A stretch of DNA of 64,000 nucleotides from a virus (Duplodnaviria > Heunggongvirae > Uroviricota > Caudoviricetes): IMG/VR virus record IMGVR_UViG_3300031417_000379. One strand, 5' to 3'. Both the position numbers and the translations under genes were made by a program. Below the pieces are notes generated by a model. That model was not told the origin of the DNA, did not search any database, and worked only from the letters and a program-made list of their open reading frames with translations. Position 1 is the stretch's first letter. Every line of letters starts with the position of its first letter. This document shows positions 37,466 to 47,128 of this stretch, piece after piece.

Positions 37466-39082
37466 TTATTTCGCCGGCGCGGGTACGTAGTAGTATGGAG
37501 CGAACTTTGTAACCGTATATCCGTTGGAGGCCGGCTCGAGAGTCATAACGTATTGCGACGTATAAATGGTGTTAGAAGTGGCAGTAAACTTGTATTCCCA
37601 GTTAACCTTGATTAGGACTTTGATTTCCTTTGTTGACGTAGAGTAAGCGGTGTAAGTCACAGCGCTGTCAACTCCATCAGCAAAATCGTAGATACCGCCT
37701 AGGCCGTCTGTGAGCTCAGGCCCCGGCTTTGCTGGGAGATACTGGTCAAGGCGGATGTGATCCTCAGGGGTGGATGTGCGGTAGCCCTCCATGAAGCCCT
37801 GAACTACAGCCTTCACATCGTTCTGATCCTCGATCTCCTCGCCTGAACCGAGAGCGTCACCGTCCGGAACCTTAGTCGAAGCCATGTTAGTAGGAGTCGG
37901 GATAAGTGACGGGCTGTCGGGAGTAACTGAATACTGCTGCTTCTTGGCGTCGTAGAAAACGTTGACGCTGAAGAACTGCCACTTCGCCGTGCTCTTGTCA
38001 ATAGGAGCGGTGTTTTCAGTGGTGGAGTCACCATCGGCAGTCTCGGTGTCGCCGGAGTCAGCTTTTCCTCCTGAGGTGTCCTCAGGCTGCACAAGAGCAC
38101 CGACGGTAAAGTTAGCCGACTCATCCGAAAGGTACTGCTTACCGTAGATCGTGGGGCCGTAGAGGATCTTTTGCCCATACCCGTTACCGTTCTGGCGGTT
38201 CGGGTAGTTCTGCTCACCCTCGACCATACGGCCGGAGTAATAGTAGTTTAGAACGCTTTCAGCTGTAGGGTCTGTGCCGAGCGTGAGATAAGCCTGGACG
38301 AAGTCCTTAGCGAAGCCTTCCCCACCGTCGATGGGGAAGTCCGTCATAGCAACTGTCTCTTGTACAGTGTTACGCACATCCGCTGTGGTGAGAGTAGGCT
38401 TTGGGACGATGGCGTTGTAAGCACCGAGGCCGACGATCACAACGAGGAATGCGATCACAACCGCCATGAAGCCCTTAGCTTGAGAGCGTAGGTTCTTGCG
38501 CTTGTCAAGATCCGCAACTTTGAGAGATTTCTTCCCACCGAAGGGGCGAAGCTTCTTCTTACTCTCGCTGATGTGGACGTTCTGCCCCTTCTTATCAACC
38601 TTGCCCGCTTGCGGAGTTAGCTTCTCGGGCTTCGGCTGCTTAGTCTTACGAGCCTTACGAGCTTCTTCTTGAGCTCGCTCGAGCTCGTCATCGTAAGCCT
38701 CTTCGTCTTCTTCAGTAGTACGCTGAGGTTCAGGTGTCGCGATCGGGCGGCGCACTTGCTCTTCATCCTCTTCTACCGCTTCACTCGGCGGAAGAGTGCT
38801 AAAGGGATCGTCTTCCTCGGGTGAGCTGTAGTCACGAGAAAAGTCGGAGTCGACATTTGATGGACGTGAGCCATCGAAGTCGTAGTCTCCAAGCCGGTCG
38901 TTTGTGAGCATATCTGGAAGCGCTGGCGCCTCTGAGCGCGGTGAAGGAGTCGCTCTCGGCGAGAGATCAGGCAGCCCGTTCCCGCTTCCGGTAGCTGCCG
39001 GTCGCTGCGGCAAACCCGGTCGCTGCGGAAGTCCATTTCCCTGTTTAGGGTTGGAAGGTAAGGCCATTTTTTGTCCTCTCAA
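37466..39082 (-). CDS. bitopic membrane protein with Pro-rich N-terminal region and ~300-aa extracytoplasmic domain (VirB8/TcpC-like position)
   Basis: 538 aa; PQRPG repeats, one TM helix (FMAVVIAFLVVIVGLGAYNAIV), then a globular domain. Confidence 0.75.
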   Translation of the reverse strand: MRGQKMALPSNPKQGNGLPQRPGLPQRPAATGSGNGLPDLSPRATPSPRSEAPALPDMLTNDRLGDYDFDGSRPSNVDSDFSRDYSSPEEDDPFSTLPPSEAVEEDEEQVRRPIATPEPQRTTEEDEEAYDDELERAQEEARKARKTKQPKPEKLTPQAGKVDKKGQNVHISESKKKLRPFGGKKSLKVADLDKRKNLRSQAKGFMAVVIAFLVVIVGLGAYNAIVPKPTLTTADVRNTVQETVAMTDFPIDGGEGFAKDFVQAYLTLGTDPTAESVLNYYYSGRMVEGEQNYPNRQNGNGYGQKILYGPTIYGKQYLSDESANFTVGALVQPEDTSGGKADSGDTETADGDSTTENTAPIDKSTAKWQFFSVNVFYDAKKQQYSVTPDSPSLIPTPTNMASTKVPDGDALGSGEEIEDQNDVKAVVQGFMEGYRTSTPEDHIRLDQYLPAKPGPELTDGLGGIYDFADGVDSAVTYTAYSTSTKEIKVLIKVNWEYKFTATSNTIYTSQYVMTLEPASNGYTVTKFAPYYYVPAPAK

Positions 39083-39102
39083 GTACTGATGTAAATATCA
39101 CT

Positions 39103-41679
39103 TCAAAGCTCAGGTAGACTCATGTCTCCAATATTCGGAAGTGATGCATCTGCAGGCTTTTTCTGTTGCGGCGCAGTTGGAATACCCGTAGGGCGAGTGG
39201 GAAGACCGACTCGCTTTGGAGCGCCTGACTGTGAGCTTTGAGCAGGGCTAGGAGGCTGCACCAGCGGCTTAGACGGCGCGGGAGCCGCCGCAGGTGTCGT
39301 CCCAAATAGTGAGTCGAGACCGTCGCTATCTGTCAGCTCTGGCTTTTTCTGCGGGCTCTTTGGACCTACAGGCTTACGAAGCGGAGGAGTCGGCGCCGGT
39401 GCCGCACCGCTAAAGATAGAGCTTAAGGTCTCCGGCTTGTGCTCCTCATCTTCTGACTCGAGTAATTCAGCCGGCGCCTCAGTCATGATCCATTCGTCGT
39501 CTTCCTCGTGATAAGTCGAGAAATCATCCTCTTCGGCGTTACGAGCCGGGAAGTTGAACATCTGGCGCTCTTCTTCGGGATCGAACTCATCAAAGTTCAC
39601 GTCTGCTACTGCCTGCTGACGAGTGTAATCGTGCTCAAGGGCTGTAGACGAATCTTTAGCCTTCTCAACTGCCGGCTTAGGGCGGCGCGCGAGTTCTTTC
39701 TGAGCGCCACTGTAATAGTCAGCGAGCACCGCCACCGGAGGAACCATCCAAACAGAGCGTGCAAGTGCTCCGCCCCCGCGCTTAGAGTACTTCGGATCTG
39801 CCGTTGTCTTCGTAACCCAAACAGCTGATGACTTGAAGCCGTTCACCGGGTCTGGCGAGGAAAGCTTCATGAACTCTGACGGTGGGTAAACCCAACGCTC
39901 TTCCTCACGCGCGGCCACCCGGCTGTCCATGCTTCGTGAACGATTGTAGCTCAGGAATGAGCTGTCGTTCTCATTAGTTCTTGAGTAAACCGTGACAAAG
40001 TGTTTTCCAAGAAGCTTTGAGAGGCGTGTAGCTGAGTCCTCTGTTGAGCCGGCGTGAGCGATGAAGTTACCACAGGTGTCAAGGATAGAGTTAAGGTATG
40101 ACTCCCCAGCTTTCTCAGCTGAGGCTACCACCTGATCGAAAGACTGCTGAGCAATGGTCATGGCCATCTTTGACTCACGTGACTTCTCGAGAAGCGCTGT
40201 AACTGCATCCGGCGGGACCGCCTGGAATTCGTCAACGTAGATGCTTACTTCGTTGTCTGCCTGAGCGTTACGACGAAGAGCTGAGATGTTCGTGAGATCC
40301 GAGAAGATCATTGATCCCACGTACTGAGCGAACTCCGGCTCCGAGTCAGAGTTGAGAGAGAACATAATGACGTTTCCCGGCTGCTTGGTGAGCTCGAAGA
40401 GATCAATCTCTCGATCTCCAGGAGCGTTGCCGGTTCTCATCCAACGGCCGTACTCCGAAGCTGTGATGGTTCGCATCTGGCCTTGGAGCTCAGTGTAGGC
40501 TTGAGTAAGAGCGCCTTTAGACTTAAGCGCCTCACCAATCTCGATAGCGTTCTTTGCGACCGGTGAGTTGACCGGCACTGATTTCCGGACATCGTTGATT
40601 CCACCTTCGCCTACCGGAGTGTAGGTGTACTTGAAAGTTTCGGGGAAGCGCTTGTCATCCGAGTTAGCGTCAACAAGTTCGTTCATGCCGTTGCCGGAAA
40701 CAGCTGAAGCTAACTGAGCTATGCCACCGTGATCCCAGTCGATGCTTCGAGCAATTTCACGGTTTCCGTACTTGAACATGGCAAAAGTTACCTGGAGTAA
40801 CTGCTGCATGGCTGTCTTGTAGACTGCAGCAGCGCTGTCATACTCGCGCATACCGAGAACCATGTCAGCTTTAGACGTAGGAGTACCCGAGCGTAGGGGA
40901 TCGTAGTAGCACTGCCCCTTCGAGCGGGGGATGTCGTAGTCCTCTGGATCGCCGTTGACAAAGTGGTAGAACTCTCTGCCGTTCTCTTCGGCGAACGCAG
41001 CAGCCATAGCTGCGAACTTCGGCGAACGCTTAAAGTCGATGACCACTACGGTCTTGCCCATTTCAATGTCAGAGTGCATGAGACTCTGCATGGTGATACT
41101 CTTACCGGAACCGGTCTGGCCGGTAATGAACGTATGCTTAGCCGCCTCTGTAGAGTAGCGCGAAACCACCTCATCAGTTTTCTCGTCAATTCCCATAGGA
41201 GAGCGCTTCACAGTGGTAAGAAGGCCGTTTTTGAGCTTCTGAATGTTCTTTTTGCGCTCGAGAATCTGTAGAGGCGTACGGCGGTAAGAGAACCTATAGC
41301 GCCATGAGCCTTCTAGCTGAGTTAGGTACGGGTTACGCTTTAGTCGACGAGCTTCTAACCAAACAAAGCCGTACCCGGTCGGTGCACCTAGTACGACACT
41401 AAGTCCAATCCATGCTGGAATTAGCGACGGTAGATACTTGGTGAAGTTTGATAGATCACCGAAGAGCTGTGAAAGTCCGCTTACTCCAATACCAAGAGTT
41501 ATGAGCCCAATAATCCCCACCGCGGCGGCGACCGCGCTGACCACCGTCGGACGATTCCGGTGGTAGCGGAATAGATACCAGAGTGAGTACGCGACGATGG
41601 CACCGGGGAGGAAAACCAGCCCCAGAACGATTAGAATCGGCCACGGAGAACTCTGCTTGGCGTCTTCATCATCGGCCAT
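39103..41679 (-). CDS. FtsK/TraG/VirD4-like coupling-type ATPase with 3 N-terminal TM helices and a Pro-rich C-terminal tail
   Basis: Walker A FITGQTGSGKS (~aa 190) after N-terminal TM helices; Walker B-like IYVDEFQAV; 858 aa. Confidence 0.75.
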   Translation of the reverse strand: MADDEDAKQSSPWPILIVLGLVFLPGAIVAYSLWYLFRYHRNRPTVVSAVAAAVGIIGLITLGIGVSGLSQLFGDLSNFTKYLPSLIPAWIGLSVVLGAPTGYGFVWLEARRLKRNPYLTQLEGSWRYRFSYRRTPLQILERKKNIQKLKNGLLTTVKRSPMGIDEKTDEVVSRYSTEAAKHTFITGQTGSGKSITMQSLMHSDIEMGKTVVVIDFKRSPKFAAMAAAFAEENGREFYHFVNGDPEDYDIPRSKGQCYYDPLRSGTPTSKADMVLGMREYDSAAAVYKTAMQQLLQVTFAMFKYGNREIARSIDWDHGGIAQLASAVSGNGMNELVDANSDDKRFPETFKYTYTPVGEGGINDVRKSVPVNSPVAKNAIEIGEALKSKGALTQAYTELQGQMRTITASEYGRWMRTGNAPGDREIDLFELTKQPGNVIMFSLNSDSEPEFAQYVGSMIFSDLTNISALRRNAQADNEVSIYVDEFQAVPPDAVTALLEKSRESKMAMTIAQQSFDQVVASAEKAGESYLNSILDTCGNFIAHAGSTEDSATRLSKLLGKHFVTVYSRTNENDSSFLSYNRSRSMDSRVAAREEERWVYPPSEFMKLSSPDPVNGFKSSAVWVTKTTADPKYSKRGGGALARSVWMVPPVAVLADYYSGAQKELARRPKPAVEKAKDSSTALEHDYTRQQAVADVNFDEFDPEEERQMFNFPARNAEEDDFSTYHEEDDEWIMTEAPAELLESEDEEHKPETLSSIFSGAAPAPTPPLRKPVGPKSPQKKPELTDSDGLDSLFGTTPAAAPAPSKPLVQPPSPAQSSQSGAPKRVGLPTRPTGIPTAPQQKKPADASLPNIGDMSLPEL

Positions 41680-41730
41680 TGAATCTCACCGGTCTTCCTT
41701 GTTAGCGTAACCTGAAAGGCTACGCCTCGC

Positions 41731-43344
41731 TCACCTCACAATGCTCTGAGGATCAATGGCGAGGCGATTAGCCACAGAAAGGAATATCGGAGGAATGGTG
41801 TCACCGTCGGCCAGGCGAGGCTGAGGCCCGCGAACAGCTTTTTCCAGAGCCGAAAGCTTGTTCTCATCCTCGTCAATTTCGAAAGCGTGAAGATTCGAGT
41901 CAATTAGAACAGGCTCATCATCTTCCTGGAATTCAGAAAGAGCTTCTAGGAACTTCTCAGCGTCCTGAGCTTCGGCTTCAATATCTTCGCCTTCAGCAAG
42001 ATCTCGAATGAACGGGTCGCCGTTTGCGTCCGTGCCGATTACAGCATCCTTAGCATTGAACTCAAGTTCTTGCTCGTCAAGTTCAAAGTCGTGATTACCG
42101 GTAGTTACATCGCTAAAGTCAAAGTGGATACCAGCTTGAGCGATACCGGTGAGTTTCGCAGCTATGAGCGGAGATACTTCGTTCTCTTCTACTACAACGT
42201 TCTCACGAAGACGCTCCAGAATAGCTTCACGCTTTGCGTTGTGAGCCTCACGCTCCTTTAGTAAGAGTCGTATGCTAGCCTGGACATCACCGGGAAGTTC
42301 AGAAAAAGCTACAAACTCTTCATCCGCTAGTTCCTTGATGAGCTGATCCTCAATAGCGTTGACCCTGTCCTCAAGCTTCTCGTTGTCGTTCGTGAGTGCT
42401 AAGGCGCTTTCACGCCAGTCGGAATTAGCGAAGAGTTTCTCTACCAACGGAAGAAGTGAGTCACCGATGACGGTAGGAGTGAACACACGCTCGTACGGCT
42501 TTACCGGCACGCTTAGAAGCTCAGGAAGTTTTAAAGCATCCTCGACGGTGTAAGAAAGCTCCACCTCACCAGCATCTACTAGACGACGAAGTGACCGAAG
42601 AAGCTCAAGCTTGCTAAATCCGTCGCCTAGCTCAAGAGCTTCGTCTAGATTGCTGCCGGCGTTAGCGGCTGCGAGGATGAACTTATCCTCAGACGATTCC
42701 GGGGAGCCGGCCTTTGCACCAAGCTCAAGTAGAACTTCATAACGCTCGTACTCCGCAACACCAAGCACCTGTAGAGCGTCGTGCTCGAGCTTTCGAACTG
42801 CGGTTAAGTTCTCGTCTAGAGCAGCAAGTGCGATACCGTACGGAGCGAGTTCATTCACAACGGCCTTCGTCTTAAAGATCGAAGTGTCTACAGATCTGTA
42901 ATCAGCGATGAGTTTAGAAGCTTCGAGTAAAGCTTCAGTGCCGGAGACAGTGACGTGAGAACGAAGTAACTCGTTTAGCGAAGGAGCTGCCTGAACGCTC
43001 GGAAGCTCAAGAGCAAGAGGAAGTGTTGTCGGGCTGAGCTCACGAACCTTGGTAATGAGATCGGATTTAACTGTTGCAGGCGCGTCTATCCAGTAAAGGA
43101 ATTCGCGAAGACTAATGATGTGAGCAGAGTCTACAGCGCCGATGACCTTGTCGTCCGCGACCCAAACTTTAATCGTGCGTTCATCGTCAAAATGGATCGT
43201 GACAATCTTGGCATCGTCTGAGTTCAGGCTCACCTCGCCGATGAGGAGCTCCTGAACTGAGGTGTACCGGACATCAGCGAGCTTAGCTCCGAGCAGACGC
43301 TCTTTGTCCTTGCTCTTCGATGATTTTCTGTCGAATAGCCCCAT
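41731..43344 (-). CDS. hypothetical acidic protein
   Basis: 537-aa ORF. Confidence 0.75.
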   Translation of the reverse strand: MGLFDRKSSKSKDKERLLGAKLADVRYTSVQELLIGEVSLNSDDAKIVTIHFDDERTIKVWVADDKVIGAVDSAHIISLREFLYWIDAPATVKSDLITKVRELSPTTLPLALELPSVQAAPSLNELLRSHVTVSGTEALLEASKLIADYRSVDTSIFKTKAVVNELAPYGIALAALDENLTAVRKLEHDALQVLGVAEYERYEVLLELGAKAGSPESSEDKFILAAANAGSNLDEALELGDGFSKLELLRSLRRLVDAGEVELSYTVEDALKLPELLSVPVKPYERVFTPTVIGDSLLPLVEKLFANSDWRESALALTNDNEKLEDRVNAIEDQLIKELADEEFVAFSELPGDVQASIRLLLKEREAHNAKREAILERLRENVVVEENEVSPLIAAKLTGIAQAGIHFDFSDVTTGNHDFELDEQELEFNAKDAVIGTDANGDPFIRDLAEGEDIEAEAQDAEKFLEALSEFQEDDEPVLIDSNLHAFEIDEDENKLSALEKAVRGPQPRLADGDTIPPIFLSVANRLAIDPQSIVR

Positions 43345-43372
43345 CAGCTTCCAGCTTTCTTGGTTGAGTTCG

Positions 43373-43945
43373 TTACCGCTCAGTGAATATCGTTACAGCA
43401 TCTTCAAGCGAACCGGCCGGTGGCTGTTCAAGATACAGTCGAGCAAATGTCTCCTCGAGTGACATGTAGAGCTCTCCGAGCACCTCTACAGTTTCAAAGC
43501 GACCAAGAAGCTCCTTATGCTGGACAGTTTCCTTGCCGGGACATTCGACTTGAATGACCGAGTAGTTACGCTCAGTGTTTGACTCAAGAGAGTAGCGCAT
43601 TCCGTCAAGCGTGAAAACCATTCTGGCTTTCGGTTCTACAGCCTTGGGTGTAGGGCCGAAAAGAAGAGAGTAGTACTCATCTGATGAGATACTCTCTCGG
43701 CGACCAATTTTCTCCAGACGCCAAGCCTTGCTTTTTACAGCAAACTCAGCACGAGCAAAGAGTTGTTGTGCCGACTTGTTCTGCAGCTCAAAGACTGAGA
43801 GAAGCTGTGTGAGCTTCTGGTGCTCATCGCTCACGATGAACGACTCGACTACTTGATAGAGCCCGTGAACCTCAGCCCTGCTCCTCTGGATCTCTTTCAT
43901 CAATTGCTTCAGGTTCGTCTCGATGAGGAACAGGCGTCGGGACAA
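43373..43945 (-). CDS. hypothetical protein (start uncertain; overlaps dnaG-like gene by 28-74 nt)
   Basis: 190-aa ORF. Confidence 0.6.
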   Translation of the reverse strand: MSRRLFLIETNLKQLMKEIQRSRAEVHGLYQVVESFIVSDEHQKLTQLLSVFELQNKSAQQLFARAEFAVKSKAWRLEKIGRRESISSDEYYSLLFGPTPKAVEPKARMVFTLDGMRYSLESNTERNYSVIQVECPGKETVQHKELLGRFETVEVLGELYMSLEETFARLYLEQPPAGSLEDAVTIFTER

Positions 43946-45761
43946 GAGGGCTCTCTCTCATGAAAGACTCTTCAGAGCGCAAGGCCTCTTCGAGGAGATC
44001 AAGCTGGTTATTCTCTGTAGAGGAAAGAACGGCGTGAATACGCGCGTGAACTTCCTGCTCATGAGCAGCTTTGACCGTCTCCATATAGCGCTTGAAGACG
44101 TAGGCGAACTGGTGTTTCGTATCGAATGATGGGGATGAAGCGTGGGGGAAGAGATTTGCACTTGTTAAGTACTCGACAAAGTCGGACTCATCAAAAGCCT
44201 CTGGGATAATCGGCTTACTTGGGTCAAGCTGTGCAAGGGTATCGATGAAATTACCGAACTCCTTCGGTAATTTCTTCTTGTTCTTCGGGAGATGCGGCAC
44301 AAGCTCACGATCAATCACCGCAAGACCTAGGAAGCGTGCAGCGAGAGCGTAAGCCTCGTTGGTGTCGATGAGCTCCATCAGCGGCTGCGAGACAGTGTCT
44401 TCAAGCTCTTCAGGAACCGTGTATGTGGTCTCGACGGTCCCAAGCTCCTTATCAAGCTCAAGGGGCTTGCTCTTCTTTGTGAGTTCACGTACAGTTTCCA
44501 CATCCGTGAACGAATCTAAAGCCACCTTACGAGTGAAGGTGTTGCGAAGTGAGTTAGACGCGATGGTAGCCAATACTCGGGCCGCATGGTCCAGGTACTG
44601 CGCACGGCCAAGCTCAGTGCGAAGATCAAAGTCGTTCTTGGCAGCCTCGAGTACGAAGCCGACAAGTGGGATCGGATTACTTACGAGTTCTTTAAGCTTT
44701 TCGTTCCCGTGCTCAAGTCGGTAGTCGCAAGGATCCTGGCCTTCGGGGAATTGAACAACCCAGGCACTCGAGTGGATGTTAGGTACCTTCACGAAGACTT
44801 TGAGTGCCGCGCTGATCCCGGCAGCGTCACCGTCGAAAGCGAAGACCACCCGACCAGACTCCCCTACAAGTCGTTGCAGGATAGCACCCTGCTGTTGGGT
44901 GAAGGCAGTCCCGGATGATGCAACAGTGTTCGGCACGTCAGCTTCAATGAAGGCCGCCACATCGAACTGACCTTCGGCCACATAGACAGCCTTCTCTTTA
45001 GAAGCAGGATCCTTAGCGTTCTGTACGTTGAAGAGCGCCGAAGACTTGTCGAAGACAGGACCGGCGGTTGAGTTGACGAACTTACCACGCTTGTCGCGAT
45101 CAGTAAAGAGAATGCGTCCTGAGAACCCAATCGGCTTGCCGGTAATGTCCGTGATAACGAACATGAGTCGACCGTTCCAGAAGTCTGAGAACTTTCCGGT
45201 GTCCTCCCACTTGGTAGCCACACCGGCCTGGAGGATGATCTCGTCAGCGAAGCTCTTGCTCTTGAGGTGATCGTAAAGTGCGGTGCGCTTTTCAGGGGCA
45301 TAGCCGTAGACCATGCCTTTCTCGGAAAGGCCTCGATCAGTCACCTGCTTGCGAGCCGGGTGCTCTGGCGGGAGCTTGTGATACTCGCGAGCGTAGAAAT
45401 TAGCCGCCTCACGGAGGCACTCTTTGATTGCACGGTAGTCTACCGCGTTTTCGTTTTTCTCGAGCTCAAGCTGAATACCTTTGTCCTCAGCGAGCTTCTT
45501 AAGCGCTTCCATGAACTCAAGATGCTCGATCTGAGTGACCCACTTGAAGATATCTCCAGTTGCCCCACAAGACCAGCACTTGTAGTTCTGGTAGTCGTCC
45601 GAGACGGTGAAGGACGGCTTACTATCGTTGTGGAAGCTGCAGAGGCCTTTCCACTTACCGGCACCCGCCGGCTTTAACTGTACGCCGGAAGCCTTGATGT
45701 AGTCCGACAGCACGTATGCGGATTTAATCTGCGCAACGACGCTCTTTAGATCTGTAGCCAT
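43872..45761 (-). CDS. dnaG: DnaG-type DNA primase (CHC2 zinc finger + TOPRIM)
   Basis: CHC2 zinc finger CSFH..CWSCGATGDIFKW; TOPRIM EGQFDV and DGDAAG motifs. Confidence 0.85.
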   Translation of the reverse strand: MATDLKSVVAQIKSAYVLSDYIKASGVQLKPAGAGKWKGLCSFHNDSKPSFTVSDDYQNYKCWSCGATGDIFKWVTQIEHLEFMEALKKLAEDKGIQLELEKNENAVDYRAIKECLREAANFYAREYHKLPPEHPARKQVTDRGLSEKGMVYGYAPEKRTALYDHLKSKSFADEIILQAGVATKWEDTGKFSDFWNGRLMFVITDITGKPIGFSGRILFTDRDKRGKFVNSTAGPVFDKSSALFNVQNAKDPASKEKAVYVAEGQFDVAAFIEADVPNTVASSGTAFTQQQGAILQRLVGESGRVVFAFDGDAAGISAALKVFVKVPNIHSSAWVVQFPEGQDPCDYRLEHGNEKLKELVSNPIPLVGFVLEAAKNDFDLRTELGRAQYLDHAARVLATIASNSLRNTFTRKVALDSFTDVETVRELTKKSKPLELDKELGTVETTYTVPEELEDTVSQPLMELIDTNEAYALAARFLGLAVIDRELVPHLPKNKKKLPKEFGNFIDTLAQLDPSKPIIPEAFDESDFVEYLTSANLFPHASSPSFDTKHQFAYVFKRYMETVKAAHEQEVHARIHAVLSSTENNQLDLLEEALRSEESFMRESPLVPTPVPHRDEPEAIDERDPEEQG

Positions 45762-45793
45762 ATGGCTATCCTACCAACTCACGCTCTCATACT

Positions 45794-45821
45794 GAAAGCG
45801 CGGTGATTCCACCGCGCTTTC
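45794..45821. terminator. 12-bp perfect-stem hairpin with 4-nt loop after nrdH-like gene
   Basis: gaaagcgcggtg-attc-caccgcgctttc located past the nrdH-like stop (45835) on the minus strand. Confidence 0.55.
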
Positions 45822-45834
45822 ATTGTACAGCCTA

Positions 45835-46062
45835 TCAGGCTCCGAAAACTTCCTGAATCTTCTCCGGCTTGTAACCAGCCCAGGCACCCTTCGGGGTGAC
45901 CATAACGGGAGCGCCTCGGAATCCGAGAGCACGAAGCTGATCGATGTACTCAGGGTTCTCACTGATGTTCACCACAGAGTACTCAACCTCGAGCTTATCG
46001 AGGTCAGCCTTGGTGGCGTCGCAGTTCACACAATCGTTCTTAGAGAACAGTGTCGGTTTCAT
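45835..46062 (-). CDS. nrdH: NrdH-like glutaredoxin
   Basis: 75 aa; CVNC (CxxC) redox motif, thioredoxin-fold size and pattern (SKNDCVNCDATK...). Confidence 0.75.
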   Translation of the reverse strand: MKPTLFSKNDCVNCDATKADLDKLEVEYSVVNISENPEYIDQLRALGFRGAPVMVTPKGAWAGYKPEKIQEVFGA

Positions 46063-46227
46063 CTTGCTCCTTACTAATCGTTCACATTCTACCGAGTATA
46101 AACCGGTAGCTTTAAAAAGCTAGACGAAAGCCAAAGCTTGGGCCAGCGTAAGTTGGGGTAAAAACAGCGCCGAGCTTCGACAAGCGAAGTGCGGCGCGGT
46201 GTATTTCTTTCTAACCGTTACTGCGTT

Positions 46228-46767
46228 TTACTCTCCAGCTAGAAAGCGCAGGTAGTGCCGGTACTCTTCAATAGAGTCCTCTACATCCAGCAATGCTCGG
46301 TGATCCTGACGCTTGTTATAGCGTGGTGCTCCACGAGTCTCCTGGAGAACTGTAGCCAATCCAGTAGCATCCACAGTCATGTGAGTAAGGAGCGAACTGA
46401 ACAGAGGCAGGTGCATCTTAGCAAAGCTTCTATCTGTACCCACTGAGTTTCCGCCGAGGAATAACAGTGTCCTCGGCGGAAGCTCAGTAAGCATGGTGTA
46501 GAGCTCCTGATCGATAAGCTCAGCAGGCTTTGATTCTTTCTCCCAAAGATCCTGCCAGAGATTCGATGTAGTATGCATCCTCTGAACAAGAGGATTTGCA
46601 GAGCTAATCACGGCTTTAAGGTCAGGCACAGTGACCAGCGAACTGTAAGCATCGGAAATCGGTTCGCCGTGGAAGTCGGTGACAATAGCGCCGATCTCGA
46701 GAAGTGTGTCCACTTCAGGAGTTAGGCCGTTGGCCTCCACGTCAAGCCATACGATGGCTTTTCCCAT
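46228..46767 (-). CDS. oligoribonuclease-like DEDD 3'-5' exonuclease
   Basis: N-terminus IVWLDVEANGLTPEVDTLLEIGAIVTD matches the Exo I motif of Orn-type exonucleases. Confidence 0.7.
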   Translation of the reverse strand: MGKAIVWLDVEANGLTPEVDTLLEIGAIVTDFHGEPISDAYSSLVTVPDLKAVISSANPLVQRMHTTSNLWQDLWEKESKPAELIDQELYTMLTELPPRTLLFLGGNSVGTDRSFAKMHLPLFSSLLTHMTVDATGLATVLQETRGAPRYNKRQDHRALLDVEDSIEEYRHYLRFLAGE

Positions 46768-46846
46768 TGCTTTCCGCTTTCAGTTCGCCGGTTTGTGCTT
46801 CTGGGGAGATACGTGGTAGAGGTTCTCCTTATTCAGCAATATCGCT

Positions 46847-47116
46847 TCAGTTCTCTCGCTTGAGGGCTCGTACGAAGTCCCCAATCTCCTGGTGAGAGTA
46901 TCCCGCATCGGACGCCTCAAGCAGTAGATTTACCACCGAAAGCTCCTGGAACTCATCCGAATCAGCTCCACGCTTAATGTCTTCAAGCGCTTTAGTGATG
47001 GCCTGGATAAACAGTGTATCTAGTCCAGTACGAGTATCCAGTGGATCCAGAACCTCAGCAGCTCGCCTCTGGATTTCGAGAAGGAGCTGGCTTAGGGTGG
47101 AGAGCTGTGAAGCCAT
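46847..47116 (-). CDS. hypothetical small protein
   Basis: 89-aa ORF. Confidence 0.5.
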   Translation of the reverse strand: MASQLSTLSQLLLEIQRRAAEVLDPLDTRTGLDTLFIQAITKALEDIKRGADSDEFQELSVVNLLLEASDAGYSHQEIGDFVRALKREN

Positions 47117-47128
47117 AGAGAGTAACTC

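Noticed and set aside
37813-38217. Minus-strand 134-aa ORF
   Set aside because: Nested out-of-frame inside the 538-aa membrane-protein CDS.
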